Source of the DNA: an uncultured bacterium
GTDB lineage: Bacteria; SAR324; NAC60-12
Direction: 5' to 3'
DNA: 64,000 bases
Assembly (NCBI GenBank): GCA_965662845.1
Contig: CBFIJD010000011.1
Location: 10,002-74,001 of the forward strand
In this document: piece by piece, positions 40,160 through 50,269 of the stretch
Position numbering within the stretch: position 1 is the stretch's first letter
Layout of the letters: every line of letters begins with the position of its first letter
Program-made: the position numbers and the translations under genes
Notes under the pieces: generated by a model
Databases searched by the model: none
What the model saw: the letters and a program-made list of their open reading frames with translations, nothing else
Told to the model about the DNA's origin: nothing

Positions 40160-42853
40160 TCACTCCAGGTTCAAATCGCGGAGCAGTTTTTCGCGGGAGT
40201 CGGGCTCTTGTCCTTGTTGATAGCGCTGGCGGGCGCCCCGCGTGATTTCTCGTAAATCTTCTTGGGTACGGATGATTTTCGGCCGAATGAACAGCAACAG
40301 GTTGGTCTTGTCGATGCTGTTGTTGCTTCCGGCAAATAAGCCGCCGAGCAGAGGCAGGTCCCGAAAACCAGGCACCGAATTTTCCGAGTTTCTGCGCGTC
40401 TCATCGATGAGACCACCCAACACGACGATCTCATTGTCACGAGTGACCACCGTGGTGTTGAGCTCTCGCTTAAATGTGGTGATGGCGGTCTCTGAGGTGG
40501 CTTGCGTGCTGGTGACGATGTTGCTGGACTCTTGGGCAATCTCTAAACGAATGCTGTCCGTTCCACTGATTTGCGGCTTGATGGTCAGCTTGATTCCGAT
40601 GTCTTTGAACTCCGTCTCGGTTGTGGAGACCCCATTTGAATTGGTCACCGTCCGCGTTGAAACCGGAGTGTTCGTGGTGACGTTGATGCTGGAAGAGACG
40701 TTGTTGAGCATCATGATCTGGGGATTTGCCAAGACATTCACGTCCTGATCTGTCTGAGTCGCACGAATAAAAGCTCCAAAGCTGAAGTAGGTCTGGTCAC
40801 CAAAGGTGATTTCTCCCCCCACGATGCCGAAGGTGGACTCATTGGTTGCGGAGGTGAGCGTCTCGGACGTGAGAGGGGTGGTGTTTGGGAACCCTCCGCC
40901 GATGAGGCGCCCGTCTCTCTCGCCTGCCGCACGCCAGTTGATCCCTAAGTCCAAACTTTTGGTGAGCGTGACTTCCATGAGCAAGGCTTCTACATAGACC
41001 TGCAACCGTGGGACATCTAAGCGCGCAATGATGTCTTCTAAAGTAGGGAGCGTCTCAGGTGACGCGAAAATCAACAGGGAGTTTGTGGCTTCATCGGCGG
41101 TGATGGAAATGTCAGCTTGTTCGTTTGCTTTTTGGGTGGGCTGATCTTCGGCCGTCTGTTTGTTTTCGGCTTCTGTCTGGGCAATTTCTGTGATGCGCCC
41201 GGTCAATTCTAGCAACAGAGGCGCAAGGTCTTTCGCTACAGCGAATTTCAGCGGATAGAGCCGGAAGTTGCTGGTGGTGCGCTCTTCTTCTTGGAACACG
41301 TCCAACTCTTTGAGCAGCTCTCGCAGTTGCTCTAATTTTTGCTTGTCAGAAATCACAATCAAAGCGTTGAGGCGAGGCTCAGGGATAATTTTTAAGGACT
41401 CTACCACCTCTTTTTTCTCCACCTCTTTCTCAGAAGTTTTGATCTCACTGAACACTTTAGTGAGCAATCCGCTCATCGTTTCGGCTTCTGTGAATTGTAG
41501 CGGGATCAACTCATAGATGATTTCTCCTTCGGCTTGCTGCGGAATGTCGAGCTTGCCTGCCAACGAAAGAATCCGCTCGGTGACAACCCGATCTGCCAGT
41601 AAAATCAGCGCGTTGAGCCTCGCTTCAGGGATGATTTTGACCGGGCTAGATTTCGCGGTCTCTCCTTTGTCCTGACCTTGGACAATCTGATCAGTAAAGA
41701 TGGTCGAGAGCAGCTGGCCCAAGGCCGCCGCTTCTGCATATTTGACCGGATAGATCGTGATTTCAACGCCCCGTTCTCGCTCGACGTCAAGTTGCTCAAC
41801 CAGCTGCTGAATGTCGCGGGTGGTGGTTTCGTTGGCAAGGATGACAATCGCATTCATTGGAGGAAAGGGGATCAGCTGAATCGAGGCGGTCTTGGGGAAG
41901 ACATTCTGCAGCAGAGAAATGACCTCTTGCGGATTCAGGAAACGCAAGCGCTGGATCGTGAGGGTTCGCCCTTCCACAGGGACGTCGATGCTGTCTAAGA
42001 AGCTGACCAGCTCTTCGGTGACCTCTGGTAGCGCGATAATGAACATAGAGTTGGAGCGATCTTCGATCACCAACTTGAACGTGAAGGCTTTGCCGCTCCG
42101 CTGAAGATTTGCGTATAAGTCGGTGACGGTCTTGTGCAGCTCTTTGATGTCGTTGTGGCGTGGGGTGTAACGAGTGATGGTCTGACGAATCCCTTCGGGC
42201 TCAGGTACATCTAGCAGCGCAATGATCTCTTCGATGCGCGCAATGTTAGCGGCGTTGTCGAGTACGATGAGCATGTTCAGCGGTTCATACAGCAGCATCG
42301 CGCCAGACTTAGAAAAAATGGGCTGCACTGTGGATTGCACTCGCTTCAAATCGGCATGCTCAATTTGAATCAGGCGCATCACAAACTCTTGATCTGCGTC
42401 TAGGGGGACGTCTTGGGAGATGTCCAACTTCAGAAACCGCGCATCGCCGGCGGGTAAAATTTCCACCACATTGCTGTTGGTGCGGGGAACAAGCGCGAGC
42501 CCCTGCGTTTGTAGAATTTTCTCAAAGAAGTAGAGCGCGTCACGGGCCGAAACCTTCAAGTTCGCCGGGGCTGTAATCGACATTTGCCCACGCAGGTTCT
42601 TGTCTTCATATAAGAAGACCGTATTGGTCGACTGCGCGATGATCTTGATGAACTCTTGCAGCACAATTGTTGGCGGCAGATTGATGCTGACCTCATCAGA
42701 GAGCTCGGCAAAGCGCTGTCGCATCTCCCGAGTCGCATTGTCGAGGCTCAGCGGGGTTTCAGGCGTTTGGGCGAAGATCGGGTGAGAGAGGCAGAACAGG
42801 AGCAGGATGAGGACGGCCTGGCGGCCACCACGCAATGCGGCGTGAATGATCAT
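40160..42853 (-). CDS. gspD: GspD-like type II secretion secretin with extra N-domain repeats
   Basis: N0 domain, six KH-like N repeats, LDVPRLQVYVEA, secretin core (DIGIKLTIKPQI, VLGGLI, VPG..DLPLLGGLF, KTNLLLFIRPKII). Confidence 0.88.
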   Translation of the reverse strand: MIIHAALRGGRQAVLILLLFCLSHPIFAQTPETPLSLDNATREMRQRFAELSDEVSINLPPTIVLQEFIKIIAQSTNTVFLYEDKNLRGQMSITAPANLKVSARDALYFFEKILQTQGLALVPRTNSNVVEILPAGDARFLKLDISQDVPLDADQEFVMRLIQIEHADLKRVQSTVQPIFSKSGAMLLYEPLNMLIVLDNAANIARIEEIIALLDVPEPEGIRQTITRYTPRHNDIKELHKTVTDLYANLQRSGKAFTFKLVIEDRSNSMFIIALPEVTEELVSFLDSIDVPVEGRTLTIQRLRFLNPQEVISLLQNVFPKTASIQLIPFPPMNAIVILANETTTRDIQQLVEQLDVERERGVEITIYPVKYAEAAALGQLLSTIFTDQIVQGQDKGETAKSSPVKIIPEARLNALILLADRVVTERILSLAGKLDIPQQAEGEIIYELIPLQFTEAETMSGLLTKVFSEIKTSEKEVEKKEVVESLKIIPEPRLNALIVISDKQKLEQLRELLKELDVFQEEERTTSNFRLYPLKFAVAKDLAPLLLELTGRITEIAQTEAENKQTAEDQPTQKANEQADISITADEATNSLLIFASPETLPTLEDIIARLDVPRLQVYVEALLMEVTLTKSLDLGINWRAAGERDGRLIGGGFPNTTPLTSETLTSATNESTFGIVGGEITFGDQTYFSFGAFIRATQTDQDVNVLANPQIMMLNNVSSSINVTTNTPVSTRTVTNSNGVSTTETEFKDIGIKLTIKPQISGTDSIRLEIAQESSNIVTSTQATSETAITTFKRELNTTVVTRDNEIVVLGGLIDETRRNSENSVPGFRDLPLLGGLFAGSNNSIDKTNLLLFIRPKIIRTQEDLREITRGARQRYQQGQEPDSREKLLRDLNLE

Positions 42854-42861
42854 GGGGTCAG

Positions 42862-43551
42862 TTACGTTGGCAAGTTGAGCGTTTGTGAAAGTAGAAAGCG
42901 AGCAAATTGAAGGTCAAGCGGTGTGGTGATTTTCAGGTTTGTCTCTTCGCCATCGACTACGTGCAGGGGAACTCCGGCTTTCTCAAGCAAAGATGCGTCA
43001 TCTGTCACAGACCAGTTTTCGAGTTGAGCCTGTCGAGTCGCGTGAAGATATGGTTCCAGACGGAAGCCCTGAGGCGTTTGGGTCGCGACGAGTTCACTGC
43101 GATCAACCAACGAGACGTGCTCGCCCTGGACTTTGCGGATCGTGTCTTTGAGAGCGATGACTGGAATCACCGCTGGGTGCTGTTCCAATGCCGAAGCCAC
43201 CCTTGCGATCAGAGTTGGGGAGCACAGAGGACGGGCGGCATCGTGCACGAGCACGGCCTCATCTTTTTCGTCAGCGTTCACCTGTCGGAGCGCGTTGGCG
43301 ACGGAGTCTTGTCGCCGAGGCCCGCCAGCAACAAGTGTGACATCTGGCAAAGATGCAAAGGGCGCAATACTAGCCTGATCCTCTGGTGCAAAAACAAGAT
43401 AAATGTGACGAATTGACGGATGTTCTCGCAGCTTTGCTAGGCTGTGTTCCAAAATAGACGCTGTGTGCAGAGGCAAGAGCAGCTTGTTGCGATCTGCTCC
43501 CATGCGTTGGCCACGTCCAGCGGCGGGGAGGATCGCGGAGAGAGAAAGCAT
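42862..43551 (-). CDS. ispD: 2-C-methyl-D-erythritol 4-phosphate cytidylyltransferase
   Basis: AAGRGQRMG, RQDSV, VHDAARP, QTPQGF, TDDASL and NLKITTPLDL. Confidence 0.96.
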   Translation of the reverse strand: MLSLSAILPAAGRGQRMGADRNKLLLPLHTASILEHSLAKLREHPSIRHIYLVFAPEDQASIAPFASLPDVTLVAGGPRRQDSVANALRQVNADEKDEAVLVHDAARPLCSPTLIARVASALEQHPAVIPVIALKDTIRKVQGEHVSLVDRSELVATQTPQGFRLEPYLHATRQAQLENWSVTDDASLLEKAGVPLHVVDGEETNLKITTPLDLQFARFLLSQTLNLPT

Positions 43552-43580
43552 CGTGCTTCCAAAGCAAGAGGAATGTGAAT

Positions 43581-44930
43581 TTAGAAAGCGAAGCGGAGCT
43601 GAATGACGTCGCGGACGTTGGGCTTGTCGCCGATTTCTTGTCCCATTTCTTCGGTATAGTGGGCGTATTCCAGCGTGAAGAATCGAAAGATCACAAAGGG
43701 ATTGAGCTCGAAGCCATAAGTCGGCTTGCTCTGGCTGACTCCAGCGCGCACAGAGATGAAGTTGGACGCAGAGTCAATGGGGAGAAAACCAAGTTCAACG
43801 CCGTAGTGCAGTCGCTTTTGGAAGCAGCTCGGGTGTCCTTTGTTCTGTCGACAGTACGTGTCGTTAGGGTTGGCGTACCCAACGTCTTTTATGTCAAGAG
43901 CCATGAGCAAGCGTAGGGGGCCCAAACGGGGCTGGGCCGAGACCCCGATGTCATATTCTGGTTGGTGATTGCGTGGGCAGTTGTCGTCTTGCCCGAAGTT
44001 GAGCTCTTGCACGTTGTGGGCGACGGCGCCGAGCGTCATGCGCATGCTTGGAAGCGAAACCAGCCGCTTTTGGACCCCCAGCGAGTAGGAGGTGGTCTCT
44101 TGGTTCGAGGTGTAGCAAGAGAGGAGAGTTTGGGCGTTTTCTAAGATCTCGTCGGTCTCCAAGTCGCTCAGTGCCGTTTCTACTTTAGTGACCGTAGCGT
44201 TGTCGGCAGCACTGAAAGTCGCGAGTATGGCGATCTTCTCCGCGTCTGTGGTGGCGTTGTTATACGCCTCCAATTTTGTTTGGATGTCTTGGAAATTCTG
44301 AAGATCTTCGGCCGTGAGGGCATCGCCTGCGAGGTCAAGAAACGACAAAGTTGTGAAGGGTTGTTCTTTACGCTTGGTGTAATTGAGTTGTGCTCCCAAG
44401 ACCCATTTGCCGGCCCCAGGGGCTACAGCGAGACCGTAGCGCGTATTCACATCCTCTCGGACTCCCACGCCAATGCTGCTGTTTGTGATGGTATCAATGT
44501 CTTCGCCGGTGTTGTCGATGGTTGCTTCGAGGTCATAAGTGTTTTCATAGGAGAAGATTCCACCGAATGTGAACAGATCCCCGAAGGGGACAATCGCGCT
44601 GAAGGAAAGGAGCCCACGAATGTGCGTCAGTTGAAGGCTGCTAGAGCCGGCGTTGGATAGGGAGTCTTGATATTCGCTCAACTCGCTAATTGCAGGAATC
44701 TCGACCAGTGTGCTGAGGCCGAGCATCAGCGAGTCGACGCCACCGAGACCGGCAGGGTTGTAATAGAGCGCGTTTTCGTCTGCGCTCAAGGCAACCCCTG
44801 TGTTCCCCATCCCCAAATTCCGGATCGCTTGTCCGGGTCGCAAGACGCCCGAAAAGTCGGAGTCGTAAGAATTTGCGAGCGCGAGGGTAGAAAAGCCGCA
44901 CAGCAAAAATAGGATCAGCACTAGTCGCAT
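43581..44930 (-). CDS. outer-membrane beta-barrel protein (FadL/TraF_2-like N-terminus)
   Basis: Signal peptide. RNLGMGNTGVA...ALYYNPAGL motif, amphipathic beta-strands, C-terminal Phe. Confidence 0.7.
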   Translation of the reverse strand: MRLVLILFLLCGFSTLALANSYDSDFSGVLRPGQAIRNLGMGNTGVALSADENALYYNPAGLGGVDSLMLGLSTLVEIPAISELSEYQDSLSNAGSSSLQLTHIRGLLSFSAIVPFGDLFTFGGIFSYENTYDLEATIDNTGEDIDTITNSSIGVGVREDVNTRYGLAVAPGAGKWVLGAQLNYTKRKEQPFTTLSFLDLAGDALTAEDLQNFQDIQTKLEAYNNATTDAEKIAILATFSAADNATVTKVETALSDLETDEILENAQTLLSCYTSNQETTSYSLGVQKRLVSLPSMRMTLGAVAHNVQELNFGQDDNCPRNHQPEYDIGVSAQPRLGPLRLLMALDIKDVGYANPNDTYCRQNKGHPSCFQKRLHYGVELGFLPIDSASNFISVRAGVSQSKPTYGFELNPFVIFRFFTLEYAHYTEEMGQEIGDKPNVRDVIQLRFAF

Positions 44931-45135
44931 GACATCTTTCCCAAAAGTGAAGAGAAGTTTCCCGCAGAATGCAGTCATTGTGCCCCCTAAATGCCGTGGA
45001 AGGTCGTGAATTAGGAGGCGGAACCGCGTTTCTGCAAATAAGCGGCGGAAAGCGGTTTGCATTTTGCTGGGGATCTCTACATACTGCGCGCATTTGAGCA
45101 CGCTTCACCATTTTTCGCGTCTGCAAGGAGCCTGC

Positions 45136-46143
45136 ATGGGTGTTGGAAAATTAACTGGTCCCAAGAAAGCGGCCATTTTGTTGTTGGCCCTCGGCGAAGA
45201 GGGCGCGGCTGAAGTTATGCAGAATCTCGAAGAAGCCGAGATTCAGCAGGTGGGCTATTATATGACCCGCTTTAATGACATTTCTGCGGAAGAGCTTGAT
45301 ACGGTCTTAGAAGAGTTTTACCGCCAGTCCGTCATGAGCGACGGGGGGGTTGACATCAATGCTTCTCCCGATTTCGTTCGCAACGCTCTCGCTAAGGCGC
45401 TCGGCCCTGACAAAGCGAAAGAGATTGGCGAGCAAATGAGCGCTTCGCAGGATGATTCGGGGCTTGATTCTCTCAACTACATCGACCCGATCATGATCTC
45501 GAATTACATTCGCGGGGAGCATCCACAAACGATTGCGCTGATCATCTCCTATCTGAGCAACACCGACCAAGCCGCGACGGTCTTGCGGACGCTCCCAGAG
45601 AATCTTCAAGCGGACGTGGTCTATCGTATGGCGACCCTAGAGAGTATTCCGCCCGGCGTTGTCAACGAATTGAACGACGTCCTCTTCGAGGAAATGAAAG
45701 CCGCAGGTAGCATGGTCACCAAAGTGGGAGGCGTCCAGCCCGTAGCCGAAATTTTGAACGCCATCGACAAAGCTTCCGAGACGCGCATTCTCTCGACCAT
45801 TGAAGAGAGCAATCCTGACTTGGCAGAGCAGATTCGCGAGCTGATGTTTACCTTTGAAGATCTCACGCTCATTGATAGCAAGCAGATGCAGACGATCCTC
45901 AAAGACATCGACAAAGCAGATCTGGCCATGGCCATGAAGACGGCCAGTGATGCGGTCAAAGAGCTGATCTTCAGCTCAATGTCCTCCCGCGCGGCAGAAA
46001 TGCTCCAAGACGACCTTGAGAACATGGGGCCCGTCAAAGTCGCAGACGTCGAAGGCGCTCAGCAAAAAATCATCAAAGTCGTCAAAAAACTCGAAGAAGA
46101 AGGCAAAATCGTGGTCGCCGGTGGTGGCGAAGACATCGTCTGA
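45136..46143 (+). CDS. fliG: flagellar motor switch protein FliG
   Basis: LTGPKKAAILLLALG, EHPQTIALI, GGVQPVAEILN, MFTFEDL and MSSRAA. Confidence 0.97.
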   Translation: MGVGKLTGPKKAAILLLALGEEGAAEVMQNLEEAEIQQVGYYMTRFNDISAEELDTVLEEFYRQSVMSDGGVDINASPDFVRNALAKALGPDKAKEIGEQMSASQDDSGLDSLNYIDPIMISNYIRGEHPQTIALIISYLSNTDQAATVLRTLPENLQADVVYRMATLESIPPGVVNELNDVLFEEMKAAGSMVTKVGGVQPVAEILNAIDKASETRILSTIEESNPDLAEQIRELMFTFEDLTLIDSKQMQTILKDIDKADLAMAMKTASDAVKELIFSSMSSRAAEMLQDDLENMGPVKVADVEGAQQKIIKVVKKLEEEGKIVVAGGGEDIV

Positions 46144-46188
46144 ATTCTCCGAACTCTCCCCTCCTCTTTCACTCTCCAATGATTACGC

Positions 46189-47124
46189 ATGGAAGCAATC
46201 ACAACTGTGCAGGACATCATCATGTCCTTGCACCAATTCTGGGATGAGCAGGGGTGCCTGCTGATGAACCCCTATGATGTCGAAACGGGCGCTGGCACCA
46301 TGAACCCTATGACGACTCTTCGCGCCGTTGGGCCAGAAGAGTGGAGCGTCGCCTACGTAGAACCCTCACGCCGACCCGCAGATGGACGCTATGGGGAGAA
46401 CCCGAACCGCCTCTATCAACACCACCAATATCAAGTGCTGCTCAAGCCTTCCCCGCCGCATGTCCAAGAGCTGTATTTGAAATCCCTTTATGCCTTGGGC
46501 ATTGACCCGCTGGAGCATGATATCCGCTTTGTCGAAGACAACTGGGAGGCGCCAACGCTCGGCGCTTGGGGACTCGGCTGGGAAGTCTGGCTGGACGGCA
46601 TGGAAGTGACGCAATTTACCTATTTTCAGCAGGTCGGAGGCCTCGAGTGTCAGCCCGTCTCTGCTGAGTTGACGTATGGACTAGAGCGCCTCGCTGCTTA
46701 TTTGCAGAACAAAGAGAATGTCTTTGATCTCGAATTCACCAAAGGGGTGAGCTACGCAGCAATTTTTCAGCAACCGGAGTTCGAGCACTCTAAATACACT
46801 TTTGAAATTGCCAACACAGAGCAGATGTTTGCGTGGTTCACTCAATATGAGGCAGAAGCAAACCGCGCCTTAGACGCAGCGCTGGTCTTTCCTGCCTTCG
46901 ACTACATCCTAAAGTGCTCGCACACGTTTAACCAACTGGACGCCGCGAGCGCGATTAGCGTCACAGCGCGCGCAGGTTACATCGCCCGCGTCCGAACCTT
47001 GGCCCAGCGAGTTTGTCGCATGTTCCTCGAAGAACGCCGCAAACTAGGCTTCCCGCTGATGCAAGACCGCGCCGCCGCTGCGCAGTGGGTAGAGCAGCTT
47101 GCCCCGAAGGAGGAGATCGCATGA
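46189..47124 (+). CDS. glyQ: glycine--tRNA ligase alpha subunit
   Basis: [39 protein letters not shown] and TYGLER. Confidence 0.97.
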   Translation: MEAITTVQDIIMSLHQFWDEQGCLLMNPYDVETGAGTMNPMTTLRAVGPEEWSVAYVEPSRRPADGRYGENPNRLYQHHQYQVLLKPSPPHVQELYLKSLYALGIDPLEHDIRFVEDNWEAPTLGAWGLGWEVWLDGMEVTQFTYFQQVGGLECQPVSAELTYGLERLAAYLQNKENVFDLEFTKGVSYAAIFQQPEFEHSKYTFEIANTEQMFAWFTQYEAEANRALDAALVFPAFDYILKCSHTFNQLDAASAISVTARAGYIARVRTLAQRVCRMFLEERRKLGFPLMQDRAAAAQWVEQLAPKEEIA

Positions 47125-49202
47125 ATACGTTTCTGCTGGAAATCGGCCTCGAAGAAGTCCCCGCGCAGATGGTTCTGCCCTCCTGTGATCAATTGCAACA
47201 ATTTGCTGAGAAGCTCTTAAGCGACCACAAACTGAACGCTCAAATCGCTGTTTTTGGAACGCCGCGCCGCTTTGCTGTTCAGCTGTCAGGAGTGCCTCAG
47301 CAGCAGGCAGATCAAACACTGGAAGTGAAAGGCCCTGCGGCTCAGATGGCTAGAGATGAGCAAGGAAACTGGACTAAAGCCGCGGAAGGGTTCGCACGCA
47401 AGAACGGACTAGCGGCAGAAGCCCTCGAAATTCGTGAATTTGAAGGGCGTGAATATCTCTTTGCTCGCAAACAGATCCCAGGGCGGCCTGTTCCAGACAT
47501 TTTGACCGAGGCTCTGCCTGACTGGGTGCTGGGTCTACGGTTTCCAAAGAGCATGCGTTGGGGCAGCCATAAACTGCGCTTTGTGCGGCCCATTCGGTGG
47601 CTGCTGGCGCTTTGGAATGATCAACCACTCTCTTTTGAATTAGAAATGCTCCAGTCAGGCAGAGAGACGTGGGGACACCGCTTTCTGCATCCAGAACCTG
47701 TGCGAGTAGCCCACGCGAAAGAGTATGTGTCTACCCTAGAGCAGAGGAACGTGATCGCGTCTTTTGCGGAGCGCAAACAACGCATTCTTGAGCAAATTCA
47801 GGCGATTGAGGTGGAGCGGGACTTCAAAGTGGATGTGGAGCCGGAGCTGCTCGTCGAAGTGACCAACTTGGTGGAATGGCCCACGGCGCTGGTCGGAAAC
47901 TTTGAGGAAGAGTTTTTAGCGCTCCCCAGCGAAGTGCTGGTGACGTCTATGGCCGTGCACCAACGCTATTTCCCCGTGTATACGAAAGGGGACACGCGCA
48001 AACTGTTGCCGCACTTTGTGACGGTGCGCAACGGGGATCGTCATGCCTTAGAGACCGTGCAGCGCGGCAACGAAAGAGTGATTCGAGCCCGCCTCAGCGA
48101 TGCCCGCTTCTTCTACCAAGAAGACCAAAAAGCGACCTTCGCGCACTTCCACACCAAAGCGGCCCAAGTCTTATTTTTTCCAGAGCGAGGCACGTTGGGA
48201 CAACGCGTGGAGCGCATTGGAGCCCTGGCTCGTTCGATTGCCCAAAAGCTGGACCTTTCCGACAGGGAACTGGCGACGACATCGCGAATTGCAGAGCTCT
48301 GTAAGTTCGATTTGCAGACCCAAATGGTCTACGAGTTCCCAGAGTTGCAGGGAGTGATGGGGGAACGCTACGCGGGCCTCAAAGGCGAGGCTGAAGAGGT
48401 CTGTCGAGGGATTCGTGAACACTACCTGCCACGAACGGCGGAGGACGGGTTGCCCGAACACCGCAGCACCCTCCCAGTGGCCTTGGCCGACAAGCTGGAC
48501 ACCGTGGCGACCGCTTTCTCACTGAACATGATCCCCACTGGGGCCGCAGACCCTTATGCTCTACGGCGCATGGCGCAGGGATTTATGCAGCTGCTCCTTG
48601 GCGCAGAGTTGCCTCTGTCGCTAAGCGAAATCACAGGCGAAGCCGTGCGTGTGCTTGTCGCGCAACAGGCCTTGGATATTGATCAAGTGAAACTGTCGCA
48701 AAATATTTTGGAGTTTTTAGGGCAACGGCAGAAGTTCCTAATGCAAGAGCAAGAGGGGCTGCGCTACGACCTGGTCAATGCGCTTAGTGGCGGCCAACTG
48801 GCGCCAAGCGAGCAGCTGCGCCTCGCGAGGGAGCTGGCGCCCCAGCTAGAGAGCGTGCCCTTCAAAGCTGGTGTGGAAGCCGTCGTGCGGGCCTTGAACT
48901 TATGGCACAAAAACATCTCAACGCATGCCGAGGGAACACTGGTCGAGGAGTCTTTAGAAGAGGCCGCCGAACAGTCGCTGTGGCACGCCATTCACAAGCT
49001 GCCAGAAGACACGGTTGCCATCGAAAAATTCCTTGATGAACTCTCACGCTTGGAGCCGATCATCACACGCTTTTTCAATGAAGTGATGGTGATGGACGCA
49101 GACCCCGTGAAGCAACAAAACCGCTTGTTTCTCTGCCGTGTCATCAGCGAGTGGTCGCTTCGTTATTTAGACCTGAGAGCGTTAGTTTTTACACGCGGCT
49201 AA
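47121..49202 (+). CDS. glyS: glycine--tRNA ligase beta subunit
   Basis: [34 protein letters not shown] and DPYALRR. Confidence 0.96.
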   Translation: MNTFLLEIGLEEVPAQMVLPSCDQLQQFAEKLLSDHKLNAQIAVFGTPRRFAVQLSGVPQQQADQTLEVKGPAAQMARDEQGNWTKAAEGFARKNGLAAEALEIREFEGREYLFARKQIPGRPVPDILTEALPDWVLGLRFPKSMRWGSHKLRFVRPIRWLLALWNDQPLSFELEMLQSGRETWGHRFLHPEPVRVAHAKEYVSTLEQRNVIASFAERKQRILEQIQAIEVERDFKVDVEPELLVEVTNLVEWPTALVGNFEEEFLALPSEVLVTSMAVHQRYFPVYTKGDTRKLLPHFVTVRNGDRHALETVQRGNERVIRARLSDARFFYQEDQKATFAHFHTKAAQVLFFPERGTLGQRVERIGALARSIAQKLDLSDRELATTSRIAELCKFDLQTQMVYEFPELQGVMGERYAGLKGEAEEVCRGIREHYLPRTAEDGLPEHRSTLPVALADKLDTVATAFSLNMIPTGAADPYALRRMAQGFMQLLLGAELPLSLSEITGEAVRVLVAQQALDIDQVKLSQNILEFLGQRQKFLMQEQEGLRYDLVNALSGGQLAPSEQLRLARELAPQLESVPFKAGVEAVVRALNLWHKNISTHAEGTLVEESLEEAAEQSLWHAIHKLPEDTVAIEKFLDELSRLEPIITRFFNEVMVMDADPVKQQNRLFLCRVISEWSLRYLDLRALVFTRG

Positions 49203-49205
49203 GTC

Positions 49206-50075
49206 TCAAATACTCACCCAATCTTCCTTGGTCGTTGGACTCGCCACGTCTGACAGAGGAACCGCCTGCGCTTCGGTGATTGAGGGTTTCTGTGCAATCG
49301 CTAACTCCTCCACCACCGACAGTCCAAACTCTTGAGCAAGTTGATGCGCATCTTCTAAGTTGGCAGCAACATCTGCGGGATGGTGCGCGTCTGAGTTGCA
49401 GATGACCCGGATCTTGTATTCGGCGGCGATCTCCCAAAAGGGTCTCCAAGGATACGGCGGACGGCGGCCAACGCTGGTGTGGCGCGGTCGCTTACGAAAG
49501 CCATAGCCGTTGATTTCGAGGGGAACCTGAGTCGCCTCAGCCACTTGAAGGATGTCGTGAGCGCAGGCGCTCAAATCATCGTTCCAGTCGTCGTTGCAAC
49601 ATCCAAATAAGTCAGGATGCGCAATAAACGCGAAGAGCCCAGCATACATCATGGTCTCAAGATGACGTGCATAGGCCCTTAATTTTGCAGCGGAGTTCAA
49701 CTCTTCAAAAGAGTTGATCCATTCTCCTCGAAATGGCGTGTAGTGCCCTGCGCCAATCAAATAGTCAAAAGCTCGCCGCTCCAGTAGCTCCTCTTGTAGA
49801 AAACTCTGAAACTCCAGCGCGTATTCGCACTCTAAGCCTTTGAAAATTTGTAGCTGTGGAAAGCGCGCGCGCGCCGTCGCAATCGCCGCCTCATATTCGG
49901 GCAGTTCAAGGTAAGCCATTCGCACGTTGAGCCAGCGGTCATTCGGGAGCGGTGTGTGATCTGACATTCCCAAGGTAATGAGTCCGGCCTCCACTGCAGC
50001 CTGCGCATAGTCAGAGACATCGCCTGTGGCGTGTTTACAACGGAAGGTGTGGGTGTGGTAGTTGCGGTGTCGCAT
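49206..50075 (-). CDS. PHP-family histidinol-phosphatase-like hydrolase
   Basis: NYHTHTFRCKHA, GMSDHTP, AHPDL and NSDAH. GGAGG SD before ATG50075. Confidence 0.88.
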   Translation of the reverse strand: MRHRNYHTHTFRCKHATGDVSDYAQAAVEAGLITLGMSDHTPLPNDRWLNVRMAYLELPEYEAAIATARARFPQLQIFKGLECEYALEFQSFLQEELLERRAFDYLIGAGHYTPFRGEWINSFEELNSAAKLRAYARHLETMMYAGLFAFIAHPDLFGCCNDDWNDDLSACAHDILQVAEATQVPLEINGYGFRKRPRHTSVGRRPPYPWRPFWEIAAEYKIRVICNSDAHHPADVAANLEDAHQLAQEFGLSVVEELAIAQKPSITEAQAVPLSDVASPTTKEDWVSI

Positions 50076-50269
50076 CTTCCTCCATGTTGTGGGGCAAAAC
50101 GTCTTGTTTTGCCAAGTGTGAGGGGGGGCACTGTGAGGATGCAAGCATGAGGAAAAGAGCCCCAAATTCCGAACAAAAAGTTCGCTGCGAGGGCACGGGA
50201 GCGATTTATCGCTAAGCAGAACAGTAGCTTGGGGAGCAACGCGGAATTTTGCGTCACGCGGACGCAGCA

